The position numbers were made by a program, and so were the translations under genes. The notes beneath the pieces were generated by a model. It worked only from the letters and a program-made list of their open reading frames with translations. It ran no database searches and was not told the origin of the DNA. Below are positions 23,944 through 39,160 of a stretch of 64,000 bases of DNA, in pieces. How positions within the stretch are numbered: the stretch's first letter is position 1; each line of letters opens with the position of its first letter. The DNA is from Laetmonice hystrix (Eukaryota). The stretch lies in contig OZ249436.1 of assembly GCA_965235115.1 (NCBI GenBank), forward strand, positions 50,470,001-50,534,000, read 5' to 3'.

Positions 23944-25754
23944 TATACCAGTATTCATACGTTCATATTCCCTTCGGGGACGAGGATATAAGAATGGTAT
24001 TCAGCATCACCTTGTTGTCTGTCAGAGGCGCCGAATGGGGCGAGGGCTGCTTTGGGGAGGTTGTTGAGCGTTTAATGCCAACGTCACGAGTTTCTGTCTG
24101 TCATTGCGCTCTATTTCGATTATAACGAACAGCTAGTTATGTCTGTGTGATTGGGCACATCAAAGAACCCGTGCTTGTGATTCATTGTGAAATACAAAGC
24201 AGGCCATTGTTAAAAAGGGGGATGGACGTTTGCCAGTTAAAAGGTTCTTTAAAAAGTCCCATCGATGATAAAGTTAAAAGAGAAAATGTCGATAACTAAT
24301 TTAAATAGAATTTATCCGGGAAAAGGTTTCTCCCTAAAGCGCATCTCCTTCCGTCCAGCCCTGTTATTGATGACAGTTTTTCTCTAACAAGGTCCCATAG
24401 GGTTGTTTTCTCAAAAACCTGAGGTGATGTTTTCCTTGCCAAGGTTCCAGATAACGCCCTTGCTATGCTATCCTTGTCAAGGTTATTCTTTTTTTCGTCT
24501 CTGTACATTCATGGGAGTATTCCCTTTTTTAATCTTCGTACGTCGCGGCCTCACGCCACAGCAGTTCTAGCCTGTACACTGAACTACAGTCGCGCCTGTA
24601 TCATAGCAGCCAGAAACTGCAGGTCACATGACAGCTTTCCATCGTGACAACATATCCATTGTCAACTTGTACAATGCAGATTGGTCAATGCTGCTGTAGA
24701 AATACCTTCCCCTGTCATGGTGAAGGGCAGGACGGGTTGCGCTTGAATGACCTTTTAGCTTTCCATAGACAGATAATGGCAGACTGCAGTGACATACAAT
24801 ACGGCGACACGTGTGATAAGGAGGTCGCCAGTGTCAGAGCCGCGTACACGTAACTGTACATAAAACATCTTCTGAAAGCTTTGATCTATCTGGGCTGGTG
24901 AAACTGATGGATTCCTGCACGGAATGCGCACACCGGTGCTTATGAAGAACACCATAGATTTCTGAATGAAGGGGCTTTGTAGCAGGAAACCCTTCCTGTC
25001 GTGAACAGATTGAGAGAACAAAACTCGTATGGAAGGCTCCCTGACTTTTATGATATGTTTAGTTTATAGGAAACATCACTCAGAATTCCCAGACAGACTT
25101 TTACTTCTTACTTTCAAACCCGTTCTGCCATGTCATCCTGAGCTGCTACAGATCCAAAGGATTAAATTTCACGGTAGATCATTGGATAGTACATTGTAGC
25201 AGTTGGATACCTTTGCATGCTAACCCTTTCGCTTTGGATTCGCTATAGCCCGCTGAATGGATTCGTTAGACAACAGAGACCTTCCTGTTCAATTCACATG
25301 GTACAAGAGTTTATTGGGATTCAGATTTCAGACGCGCAAATAGAATACACAAACAACTGCAACCAATTTTCCACGTATGCCTCGATTAATGATGCACTGT
25401 TCGGCTGCTTGGTGGCTTTGATGTCGTACCAGTATAGTCTAGCACGTCTAAATCAATAGACAAGTGCGCCTTTCAGTCGGCAAAAACAGCTTGCTTCGAC
25501 GAATACAGGCTGCTCCCAAGCTGCTGACCAGAGGGTGGCATTATTAGATTATACAATCAGTGTCAGGATAAAATTCTTAAAGGGGCAATTTTTGTAGAAC
25601 GGCAATTCTAAATATCTGTGGCTTTGGTCGAGGCCTTCCACCATAGAATAAGATCCTACAACAATTCAGGCGAAATTTTTCAATTTTGGCTGAAAAATAG
25701 TCCAGTTCGAATACTTTTCTAAGCCTGGCGCCACGCCTGCTGATGCACTATTAA

Positions 25755-26545
25755 AGCGACAGATCAAGTTCCTCACTAACGTACCGTTGAACACCAGTAA
25801 CACCATGTGAAGTGTCTAAGGTCGCACGGATAAGTGGAACACATGCGCTATTTTCACGCGAGTCAGGGGGAGCTGTGTATGACGCGGCATCACTTGTGTA
25901 ACACCAGCTAAGTTTTAGTTTCACGGGAAGTTTTTCAAGTCTGCTAAAACGTCTCCGATCTCGGCGATCTAGTCCGTCGCTGTTAGTGAAACATCCCCCT
26001 AGACCCTGTTTCTGTTAGACTGTTATTAACAGATCCAGCGCCACGCGTTAACCTGTGGCAATCCTTCACTGGCTTCATCGGACACTCACTCACTACGACT
26101 GACTCATTTATACTACTGACTCTGTACTCTAACCGGTGACAGCAGACACCTTTTTCTCTCTCTTCACACCCTTATTGGGATATGTTAACAAATACAGCGT
26201 TTGTGTGCGGCTATTGTTTGCAACCCTCTCTGAAATCGTCGATGAATCTGTTGCTTCGAATTGGTTTAGCGGTGACGTCATGGGCATGTTTCTGGTAAAA
26301 ATGGAATCGCAGCGGGACGTGAATAGCGGCACTCTGGCTGGGAATCTGCGTGGTTCGTTCCGCCTGGCGGCCACATAACAATTCGTGGACAAGTAGGGCA
26401 GACAAGCAGACGAAGCCAGCGGGAGAATGTCTAGCTACATTTCAGTTGATTATTCCTTTATTAAAGATCAGACCATCAGATCAGGATTGTAGGTAGGAAC
26501 AAGCTGAACACCCTTATATTGATAGTTTGAACTTTTTCATCACCT
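25755..26545. mobile_element. Kolobok-like non-autonomous element, TTAA TSD (older, longer copy)
   Basis: ttaa|agcgacagatcaagttcctcactaacgtacc ... gaacacccttatattgatagtttgaactttttcatcacct|ttaa. Both ends are shared with 39161-39350. Confidence 0.7.
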
Positions 26546-27811
26546 TTAAGGTAAGACGTTTTACCTCCATGTTGACCTGCTGATAATGGTGGCTGCATTT
26601 ATGTTGCGACTAATTTACGCATGACTAATTTCGGTGTACACCGACATTCACTTTCAAAACTGCATACAGCCTGATGATATCCAATGGTATTGTGCAGGTA
26701 GGGGTATTTATTTGGGGACCATAAACGCTATCTATTATGCATAACGCGAATTCAGTCGAAAAAAGTGCCCCTTTAACTAAACAGTCTGCCATGGCTTGGG
26801 TAGATCTTACAAGGTCAAACTGCTTCAAAGGTGAATCACAGCAGCGGATCAGTGCTCAGTGAATGAGGAATCGATCTCAGGGACAACTTCCTCATTTACA
26901 TCCCCCCCAACAATTCCAGCAGACGTTGTTATAGGCATACCACAGATAGGTTTTCTTGACAGGTCGGATGGTGCTTTCGTAGGGACCTTTATAAACAACA
27001 TCTCGGGTTGCCGACTCGGCAGTAACTGCATTCACAGAGTTGTCCCCAGAGAGGGAGGTCTCCTTTTAATGCCACTCTAGTCTTCTCGTTATGCATGCTG
27101 TTCGGTACTCGCTACTTTTTGTAAATTTCGATCTCACCATACGACCGTCTTTTAACACAGTCCAACATGTTGTCAGTTCAGAAGTTGCAGCCGCTACAAA
27201 ATTATGTGCCTTGTGTTGTAAAGTGCTAATAGACAATAACAATAAAAGATGTATTAGCTAGCGGCACATGGTTTTGTATACATATTAATGAGTGTTACAT
27301 ACCCAAGTCACACTGATGCATACATACCTACATACACACACATGACGAGACGGGACGGCGGTAAAGACCGTAGCAAAAGCACTCAAGTCTAACAAAGCCA
27401 ATTTGGACAAGCTGTACTGTTGGTATTCACCCACGTAACCCTCCGTGAGGCTGACATTACATAAAGATAGATGTATATTGCATCTGTATTATTAATACAT
27501 GCATTATACATTACATAATACAAGTGGCTGAGCCATCAAATAAAAATGGAAAGGACAGGTGGAATTTCTCACTGGAGTTCTTGACGTCGGCGCTGCCAAT
27601 GTAATTTGATACAGATCAAGTTTTATATTTAGTGATCGTTCCCGATAGGTTAGTGTGCCATCTACAATGGTCCAACCCGTCCATACTGTATAGTTCTCCA
27701 GAGGATTGTCTTCCGCTACAATATGATCATAGATCCTGAGGTCGTCAATCAGAGAGAGGTCAGTCGCACGGATGGCATTCCACACTTATCATGATAAAAC
27801 CACGCAACAGG

Positions 27812-28210
27812 TCGGGTCCGTGCCGGTGAGGTTGGGTCCGTGCCGGTGAGGTTGGGTCCGTGCCGGAGAGGTTGGGTCTGTGCCGGTGAGGTTGGGTCTG
27901 TGCCGGTGAGGTTGGGTCTGTGCCGGTGAGGTTGGGTCTGTGCCGGTGAGGTTGGGTCTGTGCCGGTGAGGTTGGGTCTGTGCCGTTGAGGTTGGGTCGG
28001 TGCCGGTGAGGTTGGGTCGGTGCCGGTGAGGTTGGGTCCGTGCCGGTGAGGTTGGGGTCCGTGCCGGTGAGGTTGGGTCCGTGCCGGTGAGGTTGGGTCG
28101 GTGCCGGTGAGGTTGGGTCCGTGCCGGTGAGGTTGGGTTCGTGCCGGTGAGGTTGGGTCCGTGCCGGTGAGTTTGGGTTCGTCCCAGTGAGGTTGGGTCC
28201 GTGCCGGTGA
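27812..28210. repeat. 20-bp minisatellite (GGGTCYGTGCCGGTGAGGTT)n, ~20 units
   Basis: Visible tandem array. Confidence 0.97.
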
Positions 28211-30612
28211 CGGGGTTTATGAAACCGTCACGTTCTCATGCTCCTGACGTTTGGTCATTAACGTGAGCGACTCCCTCAAAAAAGTTGATGTAACTTTTAA
28301 ACAGGGGTATTCTTTCTTAACACACGCTGCAGAGTGCAGCGTACAATTATTAATGCATACCATGAACGCTTTCATGTCGGTTCGAATTTTCAACCGACCG
28401 ACGTTATCACAATCATGTTAGTGTTCAAATCTGTCGGTACTAATTTCTTGATTTTTAATTGTTATCAGTGAAAAATAGTCCCTTGCTGAATAAAGCACAA
28501 GCCTTTTCAAACAGCGGAGGTTTATTGTCGGAAGTCAATGATTCAAAAGCCGCGCTCTCATTATAGGTTTAATATTCGTGTGACTCCGTGTCAACCACAG
28601 CGCATGCGTCGGGGATCCTCGCGCATGTCTGTTAGGACATAAAGGTATCACGCTGCCATGCAACTTAGGTGCTATGTAGCAAACAACTCGTAAGTGTGTT
28701 GAATTCTGTATTAAAAAAATCCTTAGCATCGTTGCTGGAGGAAGCTAATTTGATCCATTGCGTTCATTTGCAACAAACCCACGGCCAAAAACATCCGCAT
28801 GCGCCAGGGGTTTGTCGCTGAATGCCGTAAAAAATATCCAAACCAGTTTTACGACATTCCGCGACAAGCGGCCCTGACGCCAAATGTCGTGCTGCTCTGA
28901 TTTTGTCGTAGAAAGCCGCTAGTGGCCTAAAAATGTTGTAAAAGAGATGATGAACTATGTCGTAAATTGTAACAGGAAGCCGCCAAAAGGTGCCTGCTGT
29001 ATTTTGGCCTGTCGCCAGTTGTCGCGCAACCAGATAACCCTGTGGATCTACCCTGTATGCTGTCACTGTCTTTCGATTTGCAAGAAATACATGATAATGT
29101 GAAAGTCTTTTCCCTTTTCCTTTTAGTTTAGCTTCATAATTTATTACTTTCGTAGACTAAAAGCGATCAGTTTTGGCAAGCCGCCCTTAATGCTGTTAGT
29201 CTCATTAAAATTACAGCCAGGATGGGACGAAACGTCTGGCTTGCACGTGCATGATGCATGTTCTTTTGTTTGCTCGCCCCACTTCCCTCATACTTTTTAT
29301 TTTGCTTTTGTACGTATAGGGTTTCCCCTCAATAGATCCACCAAGTGCCATACACTGAGGTCTATAGCGCATTCAGGTTTCATAGCAACTAAAGAGACAA
29401 GGGAACTACTGAATATGAGACAAGATTTCCAACCATTTTGCGCCTTCCTGCGACAATTGGCCATTCCAATTAGCCATCTTTTACGACATCTTGAGGCTAC
29501 TGGCTATCAAGGTTTGATATTGTCGCACTTGTTTGAATACTTTTGACGTCATTCGGCGACAAGCCTGTCACGCTTGCGGTGATTCTAATGACGGATATTG
29601 TCGTAACTACAAAAAACATCAGGCGACATTCAACGCCTTCTTGCGACAGCTACGTGCCGCTTGTCGCCAATTGTCACGTGACATGAAACCAGCAGTGGAT
29701 CAATCCTATGACTGATACATTTACCGCACATGGGGGTGGGGGTGTGGGTGGGGGTGGGGTGGGGGGTCCTACTACAGTTCACTTCTAGCTGCTGTCATCA
29801 TTGCATTCCGGCATGTCATAATTGTAATTCCGTAAATACCAATAAAGCAAACTTTACTCTTTACGGTGAAGGATTGAAACTCGAGGACTTAATAATTCAC
29901 ATCCTAAACGTGGGCCGGATACCATTTGGCTTGTAACATTGAATAATTAACATAAAGGACATCATCGTGTGCACACAACAGAAAGTTAACGACGTGCGCA
30001 TGAATACGAGTTAGTGTTAGTCTCCCACTTTACTAAAATACAGGCTAACGTATCGTGTAACATATTGATGTCGTAGACGGCGTTAAATCAGGAGTTTATA
30101 TATAGGAAAGGTGGCAGACAGATTGATAAAGGGTGGTTTACAGGCAAAGCTGCATATTGAAGCCATCGTCTATATTTGGTGTACTGATGGGGGTCAATAT
30201 TTCCGTTTAAGTTTACCGGCTCCCTCACCTTTCATAAACTATTTACATCGAGGCACTTTTCAGAAGTCGACATTCTGGTTACTTTTCCCCCTCCCTTTTT
30301 TTTGTGTCTACCGGTCTGGGTGTTGGCGTGGAGGTACAATTGTTTGTAGTCAATATGCAGTATTAGTGAAGCCTAGATACGTATGTGCATAAACCGTAGC
30401 TGGCTTACTGCCAGACGCAATTGGACTTGGAGATTCAATCGACGTCGGCCTCAGTCACTCAGTCACTGCGGGGAATTGGCTGAACACAAAGCCTGCCAGG
30501 ATGCTGGGGCATGGAAGCACATGTTTTTTTGGATGGTTCCATTGGGTCTCAAGCCGCCAGAGCCATTTTCCGTGTTCCTAGTCAGAAGGGAGGCGCCAGC
30601 CACCTGGAAAAA

Positions 30613-32748
30613 TACACGATGTGCTTAGCTCACTGTAATTGGCGTTATATCAAGTGTGATATGGCCATTGCCTGCCCTCCACATTCACTAAGTACAAGAT
30701 GTACTTAGCTCACTGTGGCGTTATATCAAGTGTGATATGGTCATTGCCTGCCCTCCACATTCACTAAGTTCAAGATGTACTTAGCTCACTATGGCGTTAT
30801 ATCAAGTGTGATATGGTCATTGCCTGCCCTCCACATTCACTACGTACAAGATGTACTTAGCTCACTGTGGCGTTATATCAAGTGTGATATGGTCAATTCC
30901 TGCCCTCCACATTCACTAAGTACACGATGTACTTAGCTCACTGTGGCGTTATATCAAGTGTGATATGGTCATTGCCTGCCCTGCACATTCACTAAGTACA
31001 CGATGTACTTAGCTCACTGTGGCGTTATATCAAGTGTGATATGGTCATTGCCTGCCCTCCACATTCACTACGTACAAGATGTACTTAGCTCACTGTGGCG
31101 TTATATCAAGTGTGATATGGTCAATTCCTGCCCTCCACATTCACTAAGTACACGATGTACTTAGCTCACTGTGGCGTTATATCAAGTGTGATATGGTCAA
31201 TTCCTGCCCTCCACATTCACTAAGTACACGATGTACTTAGCTCACTGTGGCGTTATATCAAGTGTGATATGGTCATTGCCTGCCCTCCACATTCACTACG
31301 TACAAGATGTACTTAGCTCACTGTGGCGTTATATCAAGTGTGATATGGTCAATTCCTGCCCTCCACATTCACTAAGTACACGATGTACTTAGCTCACTGT
31401 GGCGTTATATCAAGTGTGATATGGTCATTGCCTGCCCTCCACATTCACTAAGTTCAAGATGTACTTAGTTCACTGTGGCGTTATATCAAGTGTGATATGG
31501 TCATTGACTGCCCTCCACATTCACTAGTACAAGATGTACTTAGCTCACTGTGGCGTTATATCAAGTGTGATATGGTCATTGCCTGCCCTCCACATTCACT
31601 AAGTACACGATGTACTTAGCTCACTCTGGCGTTATATCAAGTGTGATATGGTCAATTCCTGCCCTCCACATTCACTAAGTACACGATGTACTTAGCTCAC
31701 TGTGGCGTTATATCAAGTGTGATATGGTCAATTCCTGCCCTCCACATTCACTAAGTACACGATGTACTTAGCTCACTCTGGCGTTATATCAAGTGTGATA
31801 TGGTCAATTCCTGCCCTCCACATTCACTAAGTACAAGATGTACTTAGCTCACTGTAATTGGCGTTATATCAAGTGTGATATGGTCATTGCCTGCCCTCCA
31901 CATTCACTAAGTTCAAGATGTACTTAGCTCACTGTGGCGTTATATCAAGTGTGATATGGTCAATTCCTGCCCTCCACATTCACTAAGTTCAAGATGTACT
32001 TAGCTCACTGTGGCGTTATATCAAGTGTGATATGGTCAATTCCTGCCCTCCATATTCACTAAGTTCAAGATGTACTTAGCTCACTGTGGCGTTATATCAA
32101 GTGTGAAATGGTCATTGCCTGCCCTCCACATTCACTAGTACAAGATGTACTTAGCTCACTGTGGCGTTATATCAAGTGTGATATGGTCAATTCCTGCCCT
32201 CCACATTCACTACGTACAAGATGTACTTAGCTCACTCTGGCGTTATATCAAGTGTGATATGGTCAATTCCTGCCCTCCACATTCACTACGTACAAGATGT
32301 ACTTAGCTCACTGTGGCGTTATATCAAGTGAGATATGGTCATTGCCTGCCCTCCACATTCACTAAGTACACGATGTACTTAGCTCACTGTGGCGTTATAT
32401 CAAGTGTGATATGGTCATTGCCTGCCCTCCACATTCACTAAGTACAAGATGTACTTAGCTCACTCTGGCGTTATATCAAGTGTGATATGGTCAATTCCTG
32501 CCCTCCACATTCACTACGTACAAGATGTACTTAGCTCACTGTGGCGTTATATCAAGTGAGATATGGTCATTGCCTGCCCTCCACATTCACTAAGTACACG
32601 ATGTACTTAGCTCACTGTGGCGTTATATCAAGTGTGATATGGTTATTGCCTGCCCTCCACATTCACTAAGTACAAGATGTACTTAGCTCACTGTGGCGTT
32701 ATATCAAGTGTGATATAGTCATTGCCTGCCCTCCAATTCACTAAGTAC
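30613..32748. repeat. 76-bp tandem array, ~28 units
   Basis: Unit gatgtacttagctcactgtggcgttatatcaagtgtgatatggtcattgcctgccctccacattcactaagtacaa, with interspersed variants. Confidence 0.98.
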
Positions 32749-35571
32749 GTAGAGGATGTCCACAAGAAACGTCCAATGATATCTTGATAACTTTTTCAGT
32801 ATATCTCAGTCGTCATGGGACGATTATTCCGTATTTTGAATACAGTAACTTCCCTTATCTTTATGCAGTCCATTACTCTACTGAGGACAGAAGCCCATAC
32901 AATGCATTAATATACAGGTCATGGGCCTAATACTCTCCTTTGAGTGGATGGCTCAGGAGGGGACATGGAATGTCCACAACTTTTGATGCTAATCACACTA
33001 AGGGCCTCTAAAGGAAACGTCCATATATTAGATTGGTGTCCTCTCTGAAACGATAAACCAATAGAGTGAAGCCGTGATAGACCAATCAGACTCAAGGACC
33101 CACAGCAGAGGAGCGTGGATGCCCCACAGACGATGGACTGTATTTGGACATGAAGGGGCGTATCCAGCAAATTTGGTTGGTTGGTTGGTTGGTTGGTTGG
33201 TTGGGGGGCTCAAACCTATAGAGGGAGTCCACATAGGGGAGTTAATATAATAATAAGGGCCCTAGCCGGATCTTGATTGTCGGCTGTTCCTGACTTCTTT
33301 TTGCGGGGGGGGGGGGGGGGGGGGTCAAGGCCACCTCCCCCTCCCTGGATCCGCGCCGGGTGGATGCCCCAGTGTGAGCGTGACACGTCGTCGTTGGTTA
33401 GTGATCAGTGATTAATTTCCTCCCGAGTCCTCAGGGAGGTCAAGAGACTGTCGGATGGCTGTGACCTTCATCAATGTCCTTCAGATGAACGTTCAGTCAC
33501 GTGTTCAAACAGATCTGTTCACCTCTCGGGAGAACGCCCGCACTTTTTTCTCTTCCACTGGTTGTCTGTTACATGAAAAACCTGCAGTAGAATCTGAAAT
33601 GATATCATGGGTAGATTCAGCATCTTGAAACTGGATGGGGGCTGGATGAGGAAAGGGGATGCTACACTAACTTAGCTAGGGGGGATTAAGACCCCCTGCT
33701 CGGAGTCACCATTGCGTTTCTCCAAGAATCGACACCCGTTTCCGGGTACACACCCCTATTTGGTTACACCCATCGACCCTGACCTAGTTATTTGTGATTT
33801 ACCCCGCCATCGACGGCCGCATGACCCTCGCACACCGCAATGGTGTTATTCCGTGATCTACGCACGCCCTACAATTCTGAAATGGAATCAATTGGTTTGT
33901 TACAATTTTCTGCGTCTGTTCAAATATCTGGGGACGGTAACACTGTTGTAATTTTGTGAAATGTCCAGCGAAAGCCGGTTTCTGGCTCGACTCGCATGGA
34001 ATACGTTACATACTTGGCTGTAAATCAACTAGCTAGAGTCTAATAGGTGAAGCCCTTCGGTCGCTTATACTCGGCAACCTTTGGTAATCAGCCACAAATC
34101 CGCCGAAATTAGCCCCCAGTGACCAATTAAGTGGCAGTTTTTACTTAACACTTATTCAGGGATTGACGCCGTGACGTCACAGAAACTGGGTCAGTACGCT
34201 CCCCTGAGTACCAATTCACCGGGACAAAATTAATGGTAATATAAAGAACGAGAGAAGCATGCAAGGGATTTCTTTTACCATGAGCTTTTCACAATTTCTA
34301 TAATAGTAATAAAAATTGGATATGGAATAATATTCTACAATGAACACCGATCCAAAAGCGGTAACAGCGGTATAGCTTCGAGTGGACAGCTTGTGAAGTT
34401 TCTTTGTGGCTTGTTATTTTCGTTTTCTTTTTCCTTTTTATTCTTGGTTTTATCACCAGAAAGGTGTAGGCCTAGAGAGCACATTATGTATCTGATGCTC
34501 ATTTAAACGTAATTATAGTATCTATCTGAGCAGAAGTAAATCATGATGTCATGTATCATCCAGGGACATCAATGTTCCGATCCAGTGAGTGTAGGTGTCG
34601 CCGTCAGTTGTGTTTGCGTCACTTCACAACATTGGCTGGTCTGCTTAGACCAGAAGCGATAGCCTTAGGCTTAAGCAATAATGTTTTTAGGAATTGCTGG
34701 GTCCAGCCGTAGGAGGCATGGTACAATGACTAGTTCTATAACTCTGATATTTTTGTTATATCCAAAGGTAAGAATCAACGCCATTCATACTGCCCCCCCC
34801 CCCCCAATGAAAATGCATTGGCGACATATTAAGTGTGTATACATAGGATTTCACCGTTTCCAATCTTTAATGCAAGAAAGATTATGTAATATAAGCTACA
34901 CGTATCGGCCATCATTAAAATATATCCGAAAAGAACGTTGTAAGTATGATAATCAATGAATATTGAGAATTCCGAAAATTTGGTTTCCAATGGATATGTA
35001 ATATTTTCCATTTTCCAAAACGGAGCAAGACAACCATACATGTAGGCCTATAGTATGTGTACAGGGTCACATCATGACAGGCAACGTGACAAATTGCCCT
35101 CATCTCCACTAGTGGAGAAGCAGAGCTGCTGGAGAAATACAGAAACCTAAAATCTTGCATACGTTCACGAGGAGATTAACAGAGCGAGAGTCGCATTAGT
35201 AGCAATCACTAGGTTTATAAAAAGGCAGGACAGGAAAAAGGCTTTCATGTGTAATATGCATGACTGACATGTGTCTATCGTGTGAGCATCCCTTCCCTGC
35301 CCCCTACTTCCCACTCCCGGATCTACTCTCCTGTAAATGAGGCCAAAATCATGCAGTAACGATCGGTGAATGGAGAAATCATCAAACGGACAGCAAAGAA
35401 GACTTGAAAGGCGGCCTTTTCTATCACCAGGGAAATCACGTTTGGAGGCCAGGTCCATGCTTATTAATTCCTTTGATCACAGCCTATAAAATAGTACGTG
35501 ATATTCAATTGCCACTACATCGAATATGAAGGTGTTGGGCAAAGGATATGTTGCGCTTTGCTATGGCAATA

Positions 35572-35699
35572 CAGTGGCCGATCCAGGATTTTGATAGGGG
35601 GGGCACCTAAAAAAGATTTTAGCTTCGCTACGCTCGGCATGATTTGATTGTTACTGTACTAATGCATCTTCATAAACAAATTAAAAAAATCCCCCACTG
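35572..35699. mobile_element. Short hAT-like MITE, 5-bp TSD CAATA
   Basis: caata|cagtggccgatcc ... aatcccccactg|caata. Confidence 0.6.
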
Positions 35700-36449
35700 C
35701 AATACCACGTCGACTTCAGCAAACCGGAAACTTTCGACACTGTTTCATCCTGCCGTGGGTCGGTGCAAAACACCTTGGAACGCAGCAGAGATAGCTGCGT
35801 GATAGCCTCTTTTTCCATTTGATCTCGAAAAAGAACAAGGTCTTACTTTTCTGGCAAAAAGTGTTTTCCACATTTAAACGCAGAGTGGTTAAAGCATCGC
35901 AAGCTCTCGTATCATGCTGCCCCGCTGAACAACTGGCTTAACCCCATCCGGACAATAACCATCTGTCCTTCCGGTTACAAACATGAGGTAAATCCATCCC
36001 CGTAGAAAGGTGAAGGAGACAGGCCGATTATTCTGTGGAAGGAGCAAATCGACATGGGCCGCGACTAACCAAGAACTAATTAGGAGTCAGGTAATAATTA
36101 ACTGACATGCAGACGCCCTTGGCAGGAAATGAGAAGTGAGAGAGTTACGCATTGTAAAACATTCTAATATCCGTATGTTTTACAAACGTTTCCGAAAAAA
36201 GAGCACCGCCATGCAGGCTGATGTGTTGAGTAAATTACCTTTCATGATATTTTCTCTCATCAACAGTCCATGTTAATAAAGCTCTGCCAACAACCACCAT
36301 AACATTATTATTGAATAGTGTATCCGATTGCTCGATATCAGCTGGCCTGGTTCCTGAATATTATACAACATCATCGTTTCCTTCACATATAATATCGATG
36401 GGAACTGTCGGGGATGAGTGTCCCTATCGCCATATGGAAGGGGACCTTT

Positions 36450-37534
36450 GAATAGGACGTGGACGCCCTGTCAGATTGTTGCAGGCCCCTACAGGAAGCT
36501 TAACGTTGAGAGTAACCCGCTTGGTTCGGGATGTTGTCAGAATAGGACGTGGACGCCCTGTCAGATTGTTGCAGGCCCCTACAGGAAGCTTAACGTTGAG
36601 AGTAACCCGCTTGGTTCGGGATGTTGTCAGAATAGGACGTGGACGCCCTGTCAGATTGTTGCAGGCCCCTACAGGAAGCTTAACGTTGGGAGTAACCCGC
36701 TTGGTTCGGGATGTTGTCAGAATAGGACGTGGACGCCCTGTCAGATTGTTGCAGGCCCCTACAGGAAGCTTAACGTTGAGAGTAACCCGCTTGGTTCGGG
36801 ATGTTGTCAGAATAGGACGTGGACGCCCTGTCAGATTGTTGCAGGCCCCTACAGGAAGCTTAACGTTGAGAGTAACCCGCTTGGTTCGGGATGTTGTCAG
36901 AATAGGACGTGGACGCCCTGTCAGATTGTTGCAGGCCCCTACAGGAAGCTTAACGTTGAGAGTAACCCGCTTGGTTCGGGATGTTGTCAGAATAGGACGT
37001 GGACGCCCTGTCAGATTGTTGCAGGCCCCTACAGGAAGCTTAACGTTGGGAGTAACCCGCTTGGTTCGGGATGTTGTCAGAATAGGACGTGGACGCCCTG
37101 TCAGATTGTTGCAGGCCCCTACAGGAAGCTTAACGTTGAGAGTAACCCGCTTGGTTCGGGATGTTGTCAGAATAGGACGTGGACGCCCTGTCAGATTGTT
37201 GCAGGCCCCTACAGGAAGCTTAACGTTGAGAGTAACCCGCTTGGTTCGGGATGTTGTCAGAATAGGACGTGTACGCCCTGTCAGATTGTTGCAGGCCCCT
37301 ACAGGAAGCTTAACGTTGAGAGTAACCCGCTTGGTTCGGGATGTTGTCAGAATAGGACGTGTACGCCCTGTCCGATTGTTGCAGGCCCCTACAGGAAGCT
37401 TAACGTTTGGAATAACCCGCTTGGTTCGGGATGTTGTCAGAATAGGACGTGTACGCCCTGTCAGATTGTTGCAGGCCCCTACAGGAAGCTTAACGTTGGG
37501 AATAACCCGCTTGGTTCGGGATGTTGTCAGAATA
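36450..37534. repeat. 90-bp tandem array, 12 units
   Basis: Unit gaataggacgtggacgccctgtcagattg...ggttcgggatgttgtca. It accounts for the three long overlapping ORFs. Confidence 0.98.
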
Positions 37535-39160
37535 CTAGCAGACGGATTCATACATGATTGACGTTCTATTTGAGGCACACTTGGCGACTCTCGCACCTCC
37601 CTGTACATATTTATGGCTTCGTCGAGGGTTCAGGGAACTTTTGCTACTCTCGCTCGCCGGCAATCGTCGTCCTCAATGCTTTGAGACATGTGTCTCATTC
37701 ACATCCAAGTGGCAATCTCCTCACTCATCATTGCAGGTAATATAACCACCCTTTGTATGCAATTGCCTCTTTTATTCTGCAATAACGTATAATCGCCACG
37801 GGGAAATTCTTTTCCAGCAGTATGTGGAGAAAAATCAGGAAGCTACGCTGGGATTGTCACTTCATTGTCGCAAGTAATCTCATGGCGCTGGTCATGTCAC
37901 GTGGTAGTCACGTGATCTGTCATATCTCGTTGTCTGAGTTTACTTTATCGACTTTGTATGCGACGGAGCTGAAATTATCAGCTGTGTATAATCTAAGCCG
38001 AATTTCAGTTTACATATTTATCATATACATATTATGTTGATTCTTATCGATTGTAGTGTACAGCTGGCTAGTCGCAACACTTACTTTACATTGACGGAGA
38101 ATTTCCATATCGAATAAAACACAAGTTGACATCTACAATTCTACGTCATATGAACACCTATGTCAATATTCTTACTTAATATATAGAAGACGTTATCGGA
38201 TAGTGGGGTCTGTTTTATATGTTTATAGTCTGGGCCCGGGGGGGGGGTCCGGACCACCTTTTCTGGTCAGAAAAATCTATAGGCTATCGGTGCAAATATT
38301 CCATTACAACTGCAGCATTATACTTATGTTAATTGTCATACCGACAGAGTCCTTTTCATGAGATGAGGCCTTGTGAAAGCTGTCAAAATAGCGGGGGGTT
38401 GTGACTTTTAAATTCAACAATTTTCTGGGGAGGACCCCCGACTGCCTGCGCATGTTATTGGTAGGCTAGGCCTGAATGCTTCTAAATTAAAATATTTTCT
38501 GGGGGAGTACCCCTGCGCATGAACCACAATCTGACTTCACTTCATGATATTACGTCATAACATATTGCCCCTTCCCCTTTCAAAAAGCTGGATCCGCTCC
38601 TGGTCTCTGTAGGCCGGTACCGTTTCCACAACATCTCCGCAAGCAGAAAGTTGACATCATTTCGGGGTGGATAGGGACTGGATGAGACAGTTGATGGTGT
38701 CTTTATCACAGAGTGATAGCTCTAGGAGCACGTGGTCCCGACACATTAATTAAATCGAATCCCAACCCCATTTTCCGGCCTGCTCCTTTGAAAAGTGGTT
38801 CTGTTTCTCTGGCATGTATACCCTTAGACCTGGCAGCTCCCGCAAGGACTTGTTACAGGAATTGATGCCACCATGCCCTGTCCCAGGTGCCCTGGACCCG
38901 CCGCCGACCAGTAAAACGTTTTAAAGTGAACACCCTCATTTGGCTGAAGACGTCGCTGAGCGATGGCCTTATCAAATAGAAGTGGGTCAATCAGGTTTGT
39001 GGAGATGCCACGTCATAAAGACGGAAGCCATGCGTGGCCCTGCACAGCAGGTCAAAACGGGAGGTTTCCCAAGGTGCCATGGAATTAGGGATTCCTTGAT
39101 CCGCCACCCAGTCCATAGATCTTCCGGCTCCAGCCTAGCTTGAGTATTACCTCTCCTTAA

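Noticed and set aside
27504..27785. ORF containing IDDLRIYD (LamG-like motif)
   Set aside because: A single short motif with no other LamG features or clear exon boundaries
28750..29705. Possible old MITE rich in gcgaca/tgtcgc motifs
   Set aside because: Termini too degenerate to define a TIR or TSD
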